Notes: generated by a model from the letters alone, not told the origin. DNA of 64,000 bases from Hypanus sabinus (GCF_030144855.1 NC_082722.1:35898001-35962000); one strand, 5' to 3'. Counted from the first letter of the stretch, positions 37,339-51,711 are shown. Made by a program: numbers and translations.

Positions 37339-38258
37339 CTAGGTTGAAATAGATGGGTTTGTACTTTATCATTCAAGTTTCTTAAGTCATATGTAGAGAA
37401 AAATCAATCTAGCTACCCCTTTCCTTTTGATTTAGAGTAGAAATTCAGAAGAAATCCACTGAGAAGGAATATGAAGGGCCTTCTCCAAAATTTAATACTT
37501 TTGGTCTTTGACACATTGACTTAATGAGTACAATCCTAATCAAAGGAGTTATTTGCTAAAGAAAGGGACTATTATTTTAGTTCTTCTGTTATCACAATAA
37601 TGCATTCAAAGCTAATGACCTAAATAAACTCTTGAATAGCCACTTTACATGACAAAGATAGACAACTGATCTCTCAGTTTGCCTCACCTTAGTCCTGCCC
37701 TTTATTTGTCTCCCTGCACTGTACATTCTTTGCAGATGTAATACTATACTCTGCAACCTGTTCTTGATGTACTTATGCCTGGAATGATCTGATTGGAAGT
37801 CACACAAACAAAAGCTGCTTTCTGCATCCCATTACTCGTGACATTAATAGTCCAATTACCCAAACTGATTCTATCACCAAAAGAATTGTGGAGTGGCAGT
37901 AGCAGTGATCTAACGAAAACATACAGTTCCTTTTATGCGTCTAACTATTATCTTTAAAATGCTAATACTAATAAACTATTCATGGGAATTGTAAGGAACT
38001 ACTTGAATGTCTTAATCACAGTACTAGCTACAAAAGGCACTGATGCCATTGATGTCATTTATTACGTTAATTCAACTGCTTGTTCAATAATCAGCAGAAA
38101 GAAAAACAAAATAATTATAAAACATCACAGGAATAAACTAAATTGCACAGGGTCTAGACCAGGATCAAGTTTATTTTAACTGGATTTCAACTGTAACATC
38201 CATCCTCAATTATATTAAATAATATGCTACAGCTTTTCACCTAATTTTATAAACACAC

Positions 38259-38435
38259 CAGATTCATGAGTTTCAGTCCTTCCAGTAGTTTGCAGTTTTT
38301 ATTTTTCAGTCTGTGAGCTTCATCAATGATCACACAACGCCACTCAATTACGTTCAGCTCCGGACAGCCACCCAGGATCATCTCAAAAGTAGTTATCATG
38401 GCATTAAATCTGTAAGTACCCCGAAGGATCCGGCC
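38259..38435 (-). CDS. chd9: CHD9 exon ([10 protein letters not shown]...[11 protein letters not shown]...LMNL), Walker B DEAH
   Basis: atccctag / CTG|gtgtgt; 177 nt. Confidence 0.97.
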
Positions 38436-41400
38436 CTAGGGATTGAAAGCAAAATTTTTTTATAATTAAGAAACCTACATCCTGTTTTCACACTAAAACT
38501 GTTCTCCTTTACAAGTTTGGTGAAGCTGTAATTGAAATCAAAGTGGTCATTTAAATTATATCCCTCTCCTCAAGAAAGGATAAGCTACAGTAAGCTCTTT
38601 AAAAAAAAGGTGTGAGGCAAATGTAGAGTTTTTGGAGAATTCTATTAAATGGGCAGCAAAGAAAATACAACTTCAAAAGAAAACATTAATTGAATTTAAC
38701 AATTGCAGGAAATTGCCGGCTCTGTTAATGTCAGAACTGTCCTACTCCTGTTGATTATCGCCGACATTAACTGCTTTTTGTCCTCTTTTCATTTACACCG
38801 TATGATTTGCTGGATACTTCCTATGGTTCTGAGTCACATTTCACAGCTTTAACTGTGCCTTTTGATTGTCACTCTAATTTCCTCATTGACCTGTTAACTA
38901 AATAGCCTCTGACATAGCAATCTAAGCCTTCCCTGTTCAAAATAATATTCTATTTTTTCCAATCATTCTTCCTCTATCCCTCTCTGCAGAATACAACTAA
39001 CTTGTTTTCTCTCATCACAGTTCTGATAGAAGGTCTTCAACCTGTAATCTTTACTCCAGGGGTATTTATTGCCCCTTACACCGGTGGGACTTAGGACAGC
39101 AAAGAAGGTCCTCCATCTGCCTGTCCTTGGCCGTTCAAATGTAGAAGGATTCTGTTGCTGTTTCCATAACAGGGTTGTTAGCTCTGAGCTGAACCCCTGA
39201 ACCTGGAGGACTGGTGGACCACTCTTAGTCTGACCTCTAACCTCTGACCTATTTGACATGGGTGTCCCTACCAGGAGCCAAAGAATAAAGGCCTGACTCC
39301 AGCCAACGTACCTCATTGTGGCACACAAGTTTCCAAATCAGGGAAGGAGGATCCAGGAGTTCACAATCTTTTTCTCATGCCATACACCCCTACCATTAGC
39401 TGAGGGGTCCACGGACCCCAGGTTAGGAAGCCCTGCTTTACCCTGTTCCCTACCCCACAGCTGCTACCTGCCTTGCTGAATGCTAGCATTTTCTGTTTAT
39501 CTTTGAGTTGTAGCTTTAAAGCCTTTGTATGAACTACCAGGCACTGGTATCACATGTTATTACACTACAGCTTCAATTCCAATGGTAAAACTACAAAATG
39601 CTCATTTTTATTTACATATTTTTCCATCCGCACAAGTTCTGATGGCAAAGACCTTAAATACTCTCATATTTGTGATTTTGGTTTTTAAATTATTAATAAT
39701 CGATGAATAACAGAACCTTTCCATTGTGAGCTAGAAGTGTGAATCAGCTATACAGTAAAACTCCTTTTATATTTCCTCATCTTCTGGTTCGACCACTGTT
39801 ATCATAACTCTACAATGAATGTTTTTTTTAAGTTGTGGACTTTCAGCAAGGGGCAACTAATCTTTGAACTATGTGCAAAGGACCAGATCCGCAACTAGGT
39901 TTACAACAATTAACAAAATTTATATAGTTGGGCAAGAATCCTCAATAGATGTATTAATAAAATTGACTGTATAATAGTTTGAAACAAAATGAGCAAGCAC
40001 CAAAGTTAAACAAAGAGGTGTCTCAGATTTTCAACATCCTTCTTGCGTATGGGGGGGGGGGGTGTTGAAACACAATTCAAAATAAAAATGATTAATTCCT
40101 AGAGAATGGAACCAAATTAACATACTGGGCATGAATTTCACACCTGGCCCATGAAGTATTTTTGAATCTTTGTTTATGTTCTACCATAACACAGGATAAA
40201 TTTCCAACTTAGAATCCACAAGCTTGGACAACAAAAGGTGCTTTCGGTCCTTGGCCTCCTTCCATGATGGCCGTGTAGCAACTCTGAGGGAGACTGTCAC
40301 TGAATCAGTGACATAGTGGTTTATTCTTCTAGTTACTACACTGGGATGAGGTTCATTTCAGTCATCTAAGGTGGACAACCTATTAATCAGGCTAATGAAG
40401 TTCCAGAGGTTACAAGCCCAAAAACTGCTATTAAAATGGCAGGTGAGAAATGATGGCACATGTTCAAATTCATGCCAAAATGCCACAATGTTTGATGCCG
40501 AAGAAATGACTTTAAAATAAAGTTTAAAAATCACCGTGTAAGCTCACTGGTTTTCTGTTGTAGCTGCCCACTTAATGATGATGAAATTTTGTCAACTGGG
40601 CAATTAAACAGAAAAATCAAGAGGTTTCCATCTGACCCTCTGGTTGTAATAGTTGGAAGTTATATTAAGATAACAAATTGATAAACTTTCATCTCTCTAT
40701 CAATCTATCTTTGCATATTTTATTACTTCTATTTTAATTACACACCAGATTTACTATTTTTGTGCTTTTATTTCTAAAAAAAAATTTCTTCAATCTGATT
40801 GATAGAGGAGATGCAGTCATTTTCCTAATCACTCGGGTTGTACATACCATGTAGTTGGCAACGTGCCTTTTCTATCTTGCCTACACATTAGTGGCATCTG
40901 GTTATGGGAAGAGAGCAGGAGATAGGGTTGAGAGGGGAAATAAATCAACCATGATCGAATGGCGGACACTCGATGGACTGAGTGGTTTAATTCTGCCTCT
41001 TTGTTTTATGGTTTTAACTGCAATGCAAAAATATTAAGTGACCAAAAAAAAACTGAAAACTGCTGGACTTCTGCAGCAACCTTTAATCTATTTCCAACAT
41101 AAAAACTGTACTGTCAATGATGCTGTCAATTATTTGAATTATCATAGTCTTGTGGGAAAGTCTGAAACAATACATGACTATTGCAGATGGAGGCTAATTA
41201 GGATGCACATTAATGTCAAACAGGCTAATTGACAACTGTAAATCGCCCCTAGTGCAGAGGGACGTCATGAGAATGATAGGGATGAGATAACTTGGATGTG
41301 AGAGAAAAGAATGGGATTAGTGTAGATGGATGCCTGACAGTCTATGTGGAATTAATGAGCCAAAGGCCTCTTTCCTTGTCGTATTACTGTAATATTTCAT

Positions 41401-42459
41401 TCCTTCAGTCAGTTACAAAGCAGCTCTATTTAACTTCAACATGCTCAGAATGGTTGCTTGTTGTTCACTCCTGTAGCTGGTGGGCATATCAATGTGATAC
41501 AGACAATTTTATCAGTCCAATGAACAAGTATTCAACATCAAGCACCATTCTTAGGAGGAAAAGAACTGCTTTGGCAGATGTGTGATTTCCACTGATTTTC
41601 ATAGTGGTGACAGTTTGAAGATGGCGTGCATTATCTCCTTAAGCACTCTGATAGCGTTCTAATCTGAAACAGTAACAATTCACTAAGTTGGCCTGTGTAT
41701 TGCACTTCGTTTCCAGTGCTAAGGAACCTGCTTGTGTGAGGGCAGTTCAGGAAGAGTTAAATGCTTAGGTTAGGATGTATCTTTATAAACGACAGTATAA
41801 AAAGAGCAAGCGTCAACATCTGCAACTGAGACCACAATGCAGATCAGGAAATACTCAATCCACACAGTGTCTGCATAGAGAAACAGTTAACATTTCAGGT
41901 CAATGACCTTTTTAACACAACTCTAAGAATGGAAACAGCCTAAAATGCTAATTGTGTTTGGTCTTTCCACAGACACTGCCTAACCTGATTTTATCTCAGA
42001 TTTCCAGTATCTGCAAGTTACTTTTCTGATTTTTCAATAACGTACATCAGATTGTTTGTTAAAAAAAAAGCACCTCTTAAAATGAGTTCAGCTATCACAT
42101 CAAACTGCCTGGACCAATGAACTAGACTTTCCATTATTGTTTAGGTTGGTCTGACACTGGGTCAAAACTAAGAAGAATTTGGGGTAAGCTCAGGTGCACA
42201 AAAACACACCAGTGAGATGTGAAAAGCTACATTTTCAGCATTGTCTTCATTTGACCACTGAATATTAGAAAGGATGAACAATTTTTAAAAGTTCAATATC
42301 AGTGTTTAAAGAACAGTCCATGTTTAAAAACACTGAAGTAATTCCAAAGATGATGAATAATTAAAGAAAACCATCCAAGCTAAACAAAATTCAATGAAAA
42401 AATTGTGTGAGTGTCTAGTCAGTTTAAGTTCAGCTGATATTTTAATGAAAAGATTGTAC

Positions 42460-42703
42460 CTCTGAGTCCCGGAAGTACATTTCATACTGCTGAATCATTT
42501 GTCTACTGATCATACTGCCATGATAAACAATGACGTTCAGGTCTGTCCATGTGCGAAATTCTCTTTCCCAGTTTGCAATTGTAGACAAAGGCGCAATGAT
42601 AAGGAAAGGACCATTCAAGCCCGTCAGAGAGATTTCATCAAGGAATGTAATAGATTGGATTGTCTTGCCTAAACCCATTTCATCAGCAAGAATGCAGTTT
42701 TGC
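42460..42703 (-). CDS. chd9: CHD9 exon ([16 protein letters not shown]...YFRDSE), Walker A
   Basis: attccag / GAG|gtacaa; 244 nt; [11 protein letters not shown] motif I. Confidence 0.97.
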
Positions 42704-42959
42704 CTGGAATTGAGAAATCGTTGTTTATTACAGGTACTAAAACATAGCATATTTTACATTTTATAAAACTTTTCAGAATCTTTCCAGAATAAGCAAAATC
42801 AAGGAGGAAAAAATTACAGTTCCCTGTGAAGTTACAATCTGGATTTTGTACTTAAAGTGATTGCAAATTATGCCGAATTGAAAACAACACTAATTTATAA
42901 CTTGTGTGAATGTACTCAAATAACAATTTATTTGAATATAGAAAACTCAGCAAATCTAT

Positions 42960-43770
42960 AGAATAGTAACTATAACATGATCAATGAAAGATCAACCAGA
43001 GTGCAGAAAGCAACAAACTGTGCAAATGCAAATATAAATAAATAGCTATAAATGAGGAAAACATGAGATAATGAGATTTTAAGTGAGATCATTGGTTGTA
43101 GGAACATATCAATGATGGGGCAATAGTTATCCCCTCTTGTTGAAGAGCCTGATGGTTGAGGGGTAGTAACTGTTTTTGAACCTGGTGGTGTGGGTCCTGA
43201 GCCTCTTGTACCTTCTACTTGCTGATAGCAATGAGAAGAGAGCATGATCTGGGTGCTGGGGATCTCTGATGATGGATTCTGCTTTCCTATGACAGTATTT
43301 CATGCAGATGTGCTCAATGGTTGGGGCAGCTTTACCCATGATGTATTGAGCCGAATCTACTACCTTTCGTAAGATCTTCTGTTTAAAGGTATTGGTGTTT
43401 CCATACGTGGCCATAATGCCGTTAGTCAATATACTCTCCACTACAAATCTATAGAAGTTCGTCAAAGTTTTAGATGTCATTCCGAATCTCTGCAGACTCC
43501 TAAGGAAGCAGAGCCACTGCTGTGCTTTCTGCGCAATTTCACTTGCGTGCTAGGTCTAGGACAGGTCCTCTGAAATAGTAACACCCCGGAATTTAAAGCT
43601 GCTAACCCTCTCCACCTCTGATGAGGACTGACAAGGCTCGTGGACCTCTGGTTTCCCTCTCCTAAGTCTATAATCAGTTGCTTGGTCTTGTTGATACTGA
43701 GTGAGAGATTGTCGTTAGGACACTATTCAACCAAATTATTCGATCTCCCTCCTGTATGCTGATTCATCTT
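42960..43770 (-). mobile_element. Rex1-type LINE 3' fragment
   Basis: TLTNFYRFVVESILT...IIRDPQHPDHALFSLLSASRRYKRLRTHTTRFKNSYYPSTIRL. Confidence 0.85.
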
Positions 43771-45026
43771 TGATTCCAGCACTTTCGGACAAAAATATAT
43801 GTATTTCACAAATATATGCTTACAATAGGCACTATAATTTAGACCACAAGTAAATGGAAAACTGTACAGTAAGAAATCCTCGATGTACAATATCTGTTAC
43901 TCAGTGAAAATGATGCTTTGTTTGGACTTAATTTGTTAATTTTATGCTTATTACTTAAAGTGTTGTGAATAACTAATAAATCTTGTTATATATCAAAGCA
44001 TGATAAATCTCTGCACAGAACTGGAAGATGAGCAAATCTATATAGAACATTGTTCAAAGCTCAAAGCAAATTTATTATCACAGTACATACATGCCACCAT
44101 ATATAACCCTGAGATTCACTGACTTGTAGGCAAACTCAAAAACTCCAGAAACAATAATAACCATAAAAGAATCAATGAAATTACCACACCAATTTGAACG
44201 TTTAACCAGTGTGCAAAAGAGAACAAACAGTGCAAATAGAAAATAAATAAAATTATTGTAATTCAATATGATAAATAACAGCGGAAGACTAGAGCAATAT
44301 CAATCCCAATGTGAAACCGCAGTTAGAGAAAATACTTATCAGAACTAAAATTAATTATCTACAATAGCAGAGAGGTTAAATTACTGAACTAATAGCTGGA
44401 GGCCTGGACTACTGATTCAATAACGCCGGTTGAATTCCCATAGCCAAGGAATTTAAAATTCAATAATAAGTAAATAAATTAAGTAGATTTGGAATTAAAA
44501 GTAAAAGCTAGTCATATGAAGCATAAGCCTACCAGTTTTGTTGTTAAAAAAGCCGTGATTCTATAATGTCCCTCAAGGAAGGAAATTTGCTATTATTAAC
44601 CAGTTTGATCTATATCCAAGTCCAGAGCATGTAGTGTGCTTGAATCTTAACAGTCTCCTCAATTCAGGGATGGACAACGGATGCTAGCATTAACATTCAG
44701 TATCCACATTCCATCAAAAACAAAAAAAAAAGTACAAGTATTCATTCCAATATTAAACACTTCAGTTTACTCACTATTAAAAGTGACATCACCTCCCCAG
44801 CAATCTGACTTTTTTGCATTACACCAAATCAAACAGTCTCACCCATATTCATATGAACAGGTAAACAGTGCATCACTACTGCATCTGATCACCTTATTAA
44901 TGGCAGTCTTCATTAGAATGGAATGAAAATTTCTGGACTTCCACATGGTAAGATCTTCTGTATTCTTGGTCACATGCTTCAGATATTTAAAGTGTTAAGT
45001 ACAAAGTCTTCAGACTATGTTCTTAC

Positions 45027-45148
45027 CTGTTATACCAGTTGAACAAGAGCCAATTAACTCCTTCCAATTGGTACTCCCTGAGCTCATTACCAATCTTGTA
45101 TTCCCTGGATTTTTCAAGCTTCTTCCAAAGAGTGGGAGGAGGTCGCTC
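45027..45148 (-). CDS. chd9: CHD9 exon ([10 protein letters not shown]...[18 protein letters not shown]), Q-motif of SNF2 ATPase
   Basis: ttaacaaag / AG|gtaaga; 122 nt. Confidence 0.96.
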
Positions 45149-45469
45149 CTTTGTTAAGAGGGGAATGACAATAAAGCACAAGTAAGAAAACAGCTGAGCA
45201 GCAGGAAATACATTCTTCAGGTCATTAAGAACTGCAATTTTTACTTGTACCCTAATGTTTTTGGCAATACGTATTTTACTGTTAACCTGTTTAAATTTTG
45301 AATAAAAATGCTCAGTTATAACCAAATTGCTAAACAAAAAACAGGGCAGCACAAAATACTGTATGCCTTAATTATCTATTTTCTACTGCTGCCAATACCT
45401 TTTAAATTTGGTTATCTTCATATTTTCATTTTAATGTAACAAATTTTAGAATGAAAATAGTCCTTGTCT

Positions 45470-45850
45470 CTCAGTCAGTGACACTCTTGACTCTGAATTA
45501 ATGCTCAGGTTTATGTCCCACTCCACACACATCAACAGAAAATGAGCTCTTGGAACAGCCACACTGTTAGAGATGCTGTGTTTCAGATCAGGCACTTAAC
45601 CAAGAGTTCTCCAACTCTCCAAAGGGAACAGAAAATTTCTCATGACACCAGCAGGAAGTCTCCCTGTCAATATTTAACATTTAGCCAATATTTCCAAAAG
45701 TGCCATCTGGTCATTATTGTATTGATGATTGTTGCAGCTTGCTATGTGTAAATTGGCTGCACTGTTGCTTGATCATTTCAGTCTGCACACTTCAAATTAA
45801 GTCATTGGCTATAGGATGTCCCTGAAAGGCACAAAATCCAAGTTTTCTTT
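45470..45850 (+). mobile_element. Deu-domain SINE (SacSINE1/AmnSINE1-like)
   Basis: agatgctgtgtttcagat...atctggtcattatt...gcttgctatgtgtaaattggctgc...acacttcaaa...tcattggct...tgaaaggc...aagttttcttt resembles Deu domain and 3' tail. Confidence 0.7.
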
Positions 45851-46203
45851 ATCCTCCAGAACTAATTCTCTTTGCTCAATATCTATCTGATACAATGATT
45901 GAGAAGTTGCAACAACTTATTTTCCTTGACCTACAGTACAATCAGTAGTCAGTAAACTTGTACATGTGCCAATATGCACACATGCAACCTTTGAAAAGAC
46001 AAGGAACAAAAACACAAGTCAAGACATATTTCGTTAATTCTCCTGGAATGTTCCCGTAACAACAAATACATATGACACTCAGCAGTCTAATAGTTACTTG
46101 TTTTGTTTTCTTCTCAGGCTGTTTCTGACTGTGAAAACCAAAAGAGTGGATTCAAATTAATCGAGCCAGAGGTTAATCGCAGCAGCCTTTTATTTGGGAC
46201 GAC

Positions 46204-47022
46204 GACAGGATGCAGAACTGGGATGAGAAGTGGCAGATGGAGTTCAACCCAGGTGGTTCATCTCGGTGGGTCAAATTTGAAGACAGAATATAATATTAAT
46301 GGCAAGATTCTTGGCAGTGTGGAGGATCAGCGAGATCTTGGGGTCCCTGTCTACAGAACACTCAAAGATGCTGTGCAGGTTGACAGTTGTTAAGAAAGCA
46401 TATGGCATGATGGCTTTCATCAACCATGGGAGTGAGTTCAAGAGCTGTGAGGTAATGTTAAAGCTAAATAAGACCTTAGTTAGACCCCACTTAGAGTACT
46501 GTGTTCAGTTCTGGTCATCTCACTACAGGAAGGATGTAGAGAGTGTGCGGGGAGACTTACAAGGATGTTGCCTGGATTGGAGAGCATGCCTTATGAGAAT
46601 GGGTTGAATGAACTTGGCCTTTTCCCTTTGGAGTGATGGAGGATGAGAGGTACACTGATAGAGCTGTATAAGATGATAAGAAGCATTGATCATGTAGATA
46701 GCCAGAGGCTTTTTCCCAGGGCTGAAATGGCTAATATGAGGGGACATAGTTTTAAGGTGCTTGGAATAGGTAATAGGAGAAATGTCAGAGGTAAGTTTTT
46801 CCACACAGAGGGTGGTGGGTGTGTGGAATTCACTGCCAGAAATGGTGGTCGAGGTAGATACAATAGGGTCTTTTAAGATACTCTTAGATAGTTACATGGC
46901 GCTTAGAAAAATAGAGGGCTATGCGGTAGGGAAATTCTAGGCAGTTTCTAGATCAGGTTACAAGGCTGGCACAACATTGTGGGCTGAAGGGCCTGTAATG
47001 TGCTGTAGATTTCTATGTTCTA
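46204..47022 (+). mobile_element. CR1-type LINE 3' fragment
   Basis: VKKAYGMMAFI...KTLVRPHLEYCVQFWS; (ttctatg)n tail. Confidence 0.85.
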
Positions 47023-47110
47023 ACTCCTTAAAGAACAAAAGCTAATCAAGAAAATAGCTGTGATTCTCTTTGCTTATTTGGGACAGGAGACTTGCTGAAG
47101 TTTCTAACTA

Positions 47111-48071
47111 CAGGCAGTCCCTGGGTTACGTACGAGTTCCATTCCTAAGTCTGTCTTTAAGTCGGATTTGTACGTAAGTCGGAACAAGTACATCCGGTAT
47201 TATTCAGCGTCAGTCAGTCAAACGTTTGTCTTAGTATATAGTATATATTTTACCTTTCTGTGCATATAAAACACTTAAGAAATGTATGTATTCTACCAAT
47301 TAAACCACTACGTTGCTTAGTAATAATTGTAGCTTTCATCGGGGCAGGGCCTTTCATATGATCCATTATTCTCACTTTATCTGTTATCCTTTAAAATTGT
47401 TCCGATCATTGACCAATCGTAGCCTAACGTTTTTCCAATGACCAATGGCTTTTCACCTCTTTCCAAACGCTTTATTATTTCCACTTTATTTTCAATCGCG
47501 ATCGCTTCCCGTCAATGGAACATAAACACTGCAGCTGGCGGGTCCCAACCTGCGCCAGCTCCTGAGGTCTGCTGGGTCCTAAGGACCACAGCACTGAATT
47601 CCCCTGGTGCTAAACTGCACCGCACTGAGACAGGTTAAATGGGACAAGTGGGTGCTGTGCTGGGTTTGGGTATTTGATCCTCCACAATATTCCACGTGGG
47701 AATTTAAACTGGAAGTGGCAGTGTTTTTTTTTAACGAGGTCAAGTTGCGAGCTTGACATCAACCCGGCACGGATGGTATGGGAGTCACTGGATCGACATC
47801 AACTCGACATGGGAGTGGTCTGTCACTAAATCGAACTCGGGAACCTCCGTTCTCTAGCCCGGTGCCGATTTGACTGAGCCACCAGTTGACTGGAATGGAG
47901 GGGGGGGGGTCAGGGTGAATCTTACTAAGAAAAATTTAAGCCAAATACAAAGTTAAACACTCAACACAGTGTCAACGGCAATGACTTAAAATGGCAGACG
48001 GCGTTCTCCTTCCTCGGTTCGTAAGTACGAGTTGTCCGTAATTTGGACGTTCGTAACTCGGGGACTGCCTG
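47111..48071. mobile_element. Complete Tigger-like MITE
   Basis: 24-bp TIRs caggcagtccctgggttacgtacg / cgttcgtaactcggggactgcctg (3 mismatches); TA TSD on both sides. Confidence 0.85.
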
Positions 48072-49363
48072 TAGCATCAATTGCTTGCACTTGCGTGGCC
48101 ATTAAACAATACACCGTACTTTGAGTGAAAAGTTTTAAAATAGCATCAGCTATGTTCAAAACGCAGTGGCTCTTTTTGTCACTGACAGTTGGCGAGAACT
48201 GGTAAGGCAATTCGTTCACTGTGGTTTCAAGCATTCACACTTGGAGATGTCAGAAACGGCTGGGAGTGAAAATGAAACAATTTTACTACTTCAACCTTAG
48301 ACAAGTTACGAACTATGAAGAATTTGAGGATATTGACAATCATCTTTAATGTTACAATGAAAATGAAAATTTGGAAAACGCAATCATCAGAAGTATTTTG
48401 TGAAGGCAGTCAATCATCTGCACTAGGTGTCTGTGCTGATTTTTTTCATTTACAGTCTATCAAAAGAACATACTGGAATAATTCCACTGTCTGTAACTAT
48501 TCAGAACTACAGTTTTTTTGGTACATAGTAGTACAGCCAGTGTTCTAACTTGTTCTGTATTTCATTTAAGTACATAATTTGTTACTCAGTTAAACAGTAG
48601 TTTGCATTTTTAACTAAATTTCGGCTAATCGAGGCAGCTGCTTAATTGGGCCAAACTGTACTGGTCCCAATTAACTGGAATCCGCTGTATCTTAATTACT
48701 GGCCGTTTAAGATCTAGCTTGTGGAGTCCCTCCCAGACACACTGTTGTGAAAAGGTACTTTGCAACCTAATTACATTTATTTTTGTTTACATTCTACTAA
48801 ACTCACTTATTCCCCAAGCCAATGTTCTATAGTTCTACAAATATTTACATTACACACATATTACCTGGCAATTTTATTGAATTGGAAAAACATGCCTTCA
48901 AAAACGTTCATTCTACTATTGAGTAGCGATAGCCAGCAGTACGTTAGGAATCTCTTAAGAGTCAAAGAGTAGTACTGCACAGCAAAAGGTCCTTTGGCCT
49001 AATTCATTCAATGGGCCACCTAAACTAATCTCATTTCCTCACATTTGACTCTTATCCATAACTAAGCTCATTTAGGATTCTAGGTACTATGATTTACTAT
49101 ACATTCAAGAACTATTTACCCCTAATCATCCTGGGAGCTATTAATTGTCTTCTTCATGCCTCATTTTCAACACAAAACCCTCAACCTTCTGAATCAGAGG
49201 CCAGGATCTTACCACTATTACTAAGAAGCTGTATGCCAGATGAAGATTATTTCCATTCTTTAAAAGAAATCAAAAGGTTACTTGCATGATATAAAGTTTC
49301 AGCAAGGATCTCAACTTTGAACTTTTCTAGCAGTAAACTACCAGCATTATATTGCTTACTTAC

Positions 49364-49501
49364 CGCACGTTTCAGCGAAGGCTTTGCCTGTTGCAGCCGT
49401 TCAAACTCCTCAATCTTTGCTTGATCTACATCTTCTCGAAGCTCCCAGGTACTATCCTCATATGGCAGTGAGCACCACTTAACTAAGTAGTAAACTACGG
49501 C
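49364..49501 (-). CDS. chd9: CHD9 exon ([20 protein letters not shown]...LKRA), chromodomain 2
   Basis: ttattgcag / GCG|gtaagt; 138 nt. Confidence 0.96.
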
Positions 49502-50129
49502 CTGCAATAAAGTAACAATGAGCTTAGAAAGTCTATCCACTAAAAAAAAGGTGCTATTCTGTGGAAAGCTCTTTAAATAAAATGCATGATCTCATTCTAA
49601 ATAAGCTTATTCCAATTGCACTGTAGAGTCAGAGATGCAAACAGAATATGATAAATACTGCCACTTTAGGAAAATGTTAATCCTGTCTACAAAGTTTGAA
49701 GTAAATTTATTATCAAAGTGTATCTTGAGGTTCATTTTCTTGTGGGCATTTACAAGAAAAAGTAAATACAATAGAATTTTACAAAATAAATTACACATGC
49801 GCAACCAAAGACAGACAGGTGTACAATCTACATTATGATTTCTAACCAATTTCAAATCCAAGATAGACCCTATGAATGGAAAAAAAATGACAATGTTCAG
49901 CAGTGATGATTATTGGTGAAATTACTACCTATGACACAAAACAGAATGAATCCCAAACCAAAATCATATTCCTATCTCTCATAATGTAAAACAATAATTT
50001 AAGATAGATGGCAGGGACCTTAAGCCAAAAATCTAGTCTAATCAGTAACTTATGCTTAAGACCAGAGATTTACTACATTCCAAAGAATGTTCTTTCTATG
50101 GAATGCTCAGTAGGATTACACTACATTAC

Positions 50130-50216
50130 CTCGCCAGTGTCCTTGTCTTCACAACATGAGTGCTCCAATATTCGATCCACTTCAACGTAGTCTGGATTGA
50201 ATGGCTCATCATCCAT
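50130..50216 (-). CDS. chd9: CHD9 exon (MDDEPFNPDYVEVDRILEHSCCEDKDTGE), chromodomain 2
   Basis: ctaacag / GAG|gtaatg; 87 nt. Confidence 0.95.
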
Positions 50217-51593
50217 CTGTTAGCAGTTTTACAACAGAGGAAAAATGATAAATAATTCAGTACTGATTATTTAACTATGAAATGTAACTATATTTTCCCA
50301 TAATTATTTAAAATCAGATACGATTCCATACGAAATACACATTGTACTACAGTATTTTACACAGTAAAATACACCGCACTATAATCTCACAAAGTAACCT
50401 GAAAGATGAAAGGTTATGCCCTTACAAATATTAATTCAAGAACTGCTCAGTTGACAAGCCAGTCCTGCTGAAGAAATGCTGAATGATTGTGAGGTGAAGG
50501 AATGGGGTCCTTGCTAGCATTACTAGAAATATTTCATTAGCTGGTATCCCTGGCCTACATAGGTTATTTAGCTCTCTGCACTGCAAGAAGCTGGGGTGGG
50601 GAGAGGCTATGTTAGCTATCGTTTTATAACACCTCAGTTCGTGCTCAAAGGATACAATTAGATCATATTCAATAGAAGTACGTTGCGCTGTGTCACACTG
50701 CACACGTCTCTTGTAGCTCGAAGCAAGCTCTGCTGATCTAATGAACAGCATGACGGTTCTGCATTTGCTGGCAAAAGGCCTAGTATGCAATGGGTATGAT
50801 TTGAAAGAACAGGTGAGTTGTCATCCCCTTAACAGCTTCCAGCAGAATGTCTTACAGCACCCATCAGCATATGTCTGCCAGGACAGTAAAACTTCTGTCA
50901 CTTATGTGAGGCGAAGACTGAGCCGTGAGATATACAAAGTTGATCTGCTATCCTTTTGCTTCAGGAGGAGGTAATGAGACCCAGTTTCAGTCTCTCATTG
51001 CACTTTTTTTAAAAACCAAAACTAAGGAGTCTGGACCACATTCTCAACAGCCATATGGGTACTTCAATCCCCGAGTTTCAGGGGTTGTCTGCATGTGTGT
51101 GTGTGCTTGGAAGCCAGATCTACTTTGGAGTTGGACGTGGTTGATATGCAGTCAAAGTTACTGAAGCCAGAAGTTCTGGATGCAGCAAAAGGATGCACAA
51201 CTGTCAGAAGTAAAAGAAACATCAACCATCTGCTGAAGAGACACAATGTTGCCCTGATGAAATAAGCCCAACTCAACTAGGTCTTGCCTGTACTCACTTA
51301 GAAGCCAGGAGTACACAGAATCTAGGGGAGCTCATTAATGTGGACACTGTGGGGAGAGTCAGCAGACTCACGAGTACTAGTGCAGTACAAACATCATTCC
51401 AGATCAGAGGTATTTTTGGCACTTTGTATAATTTGTTTGCAACAGAAATTTGTTCTGTAAAGATTGTACTTAATGGACCTGAAAGCATGATATGTGTCTG
51501 TACACTAAGACAAATTTGGAAGCAAGCCAAGACAATGGGAAAAATGCAAAGTACCCATGGTTAATTTTAGTCCATAAATACTTTGTAACTCAC

Positions 51594-51711
51594 CGCTGCA
51601 AAGAAATGGCCTCTTTGTGCTTGTTTAACCTTAAACCGTTTTACTTTCTGATGTATTCTTTTGTCTTTCATCAGCTGTGCTTCTGTGGCCCATTCACAAT
51701 GCAAATAGGAG
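51594..51711 (-). CDS. chd9: CHD9 exon (SYLHCEWATEAQLMKDKRIHQKVKRFK...HFFAA)
   Basis: tttccag / GCG|gtgagt; 118 nt; completes the TA|C Tyr codon from the previous exon. Confidence 0.95.

Larger units (their letters stand above)
46144..48687 (+). mobile_element. Tigger/pogo-derived element hosting two younger insertions
   Basis: gtggattcaaattaat ... aattaactggaatccgctgta termini; halves rejoin to match the 33773-34349 and 29893-31032 copies. Confidence 0.7.

Noticed and set aside
50352-50372. Perfect 9-bp hairpin gtattttac-aca-gtaaaatac
   Set aside because: AT-rich and expected by chance in 64 kb; no other support.
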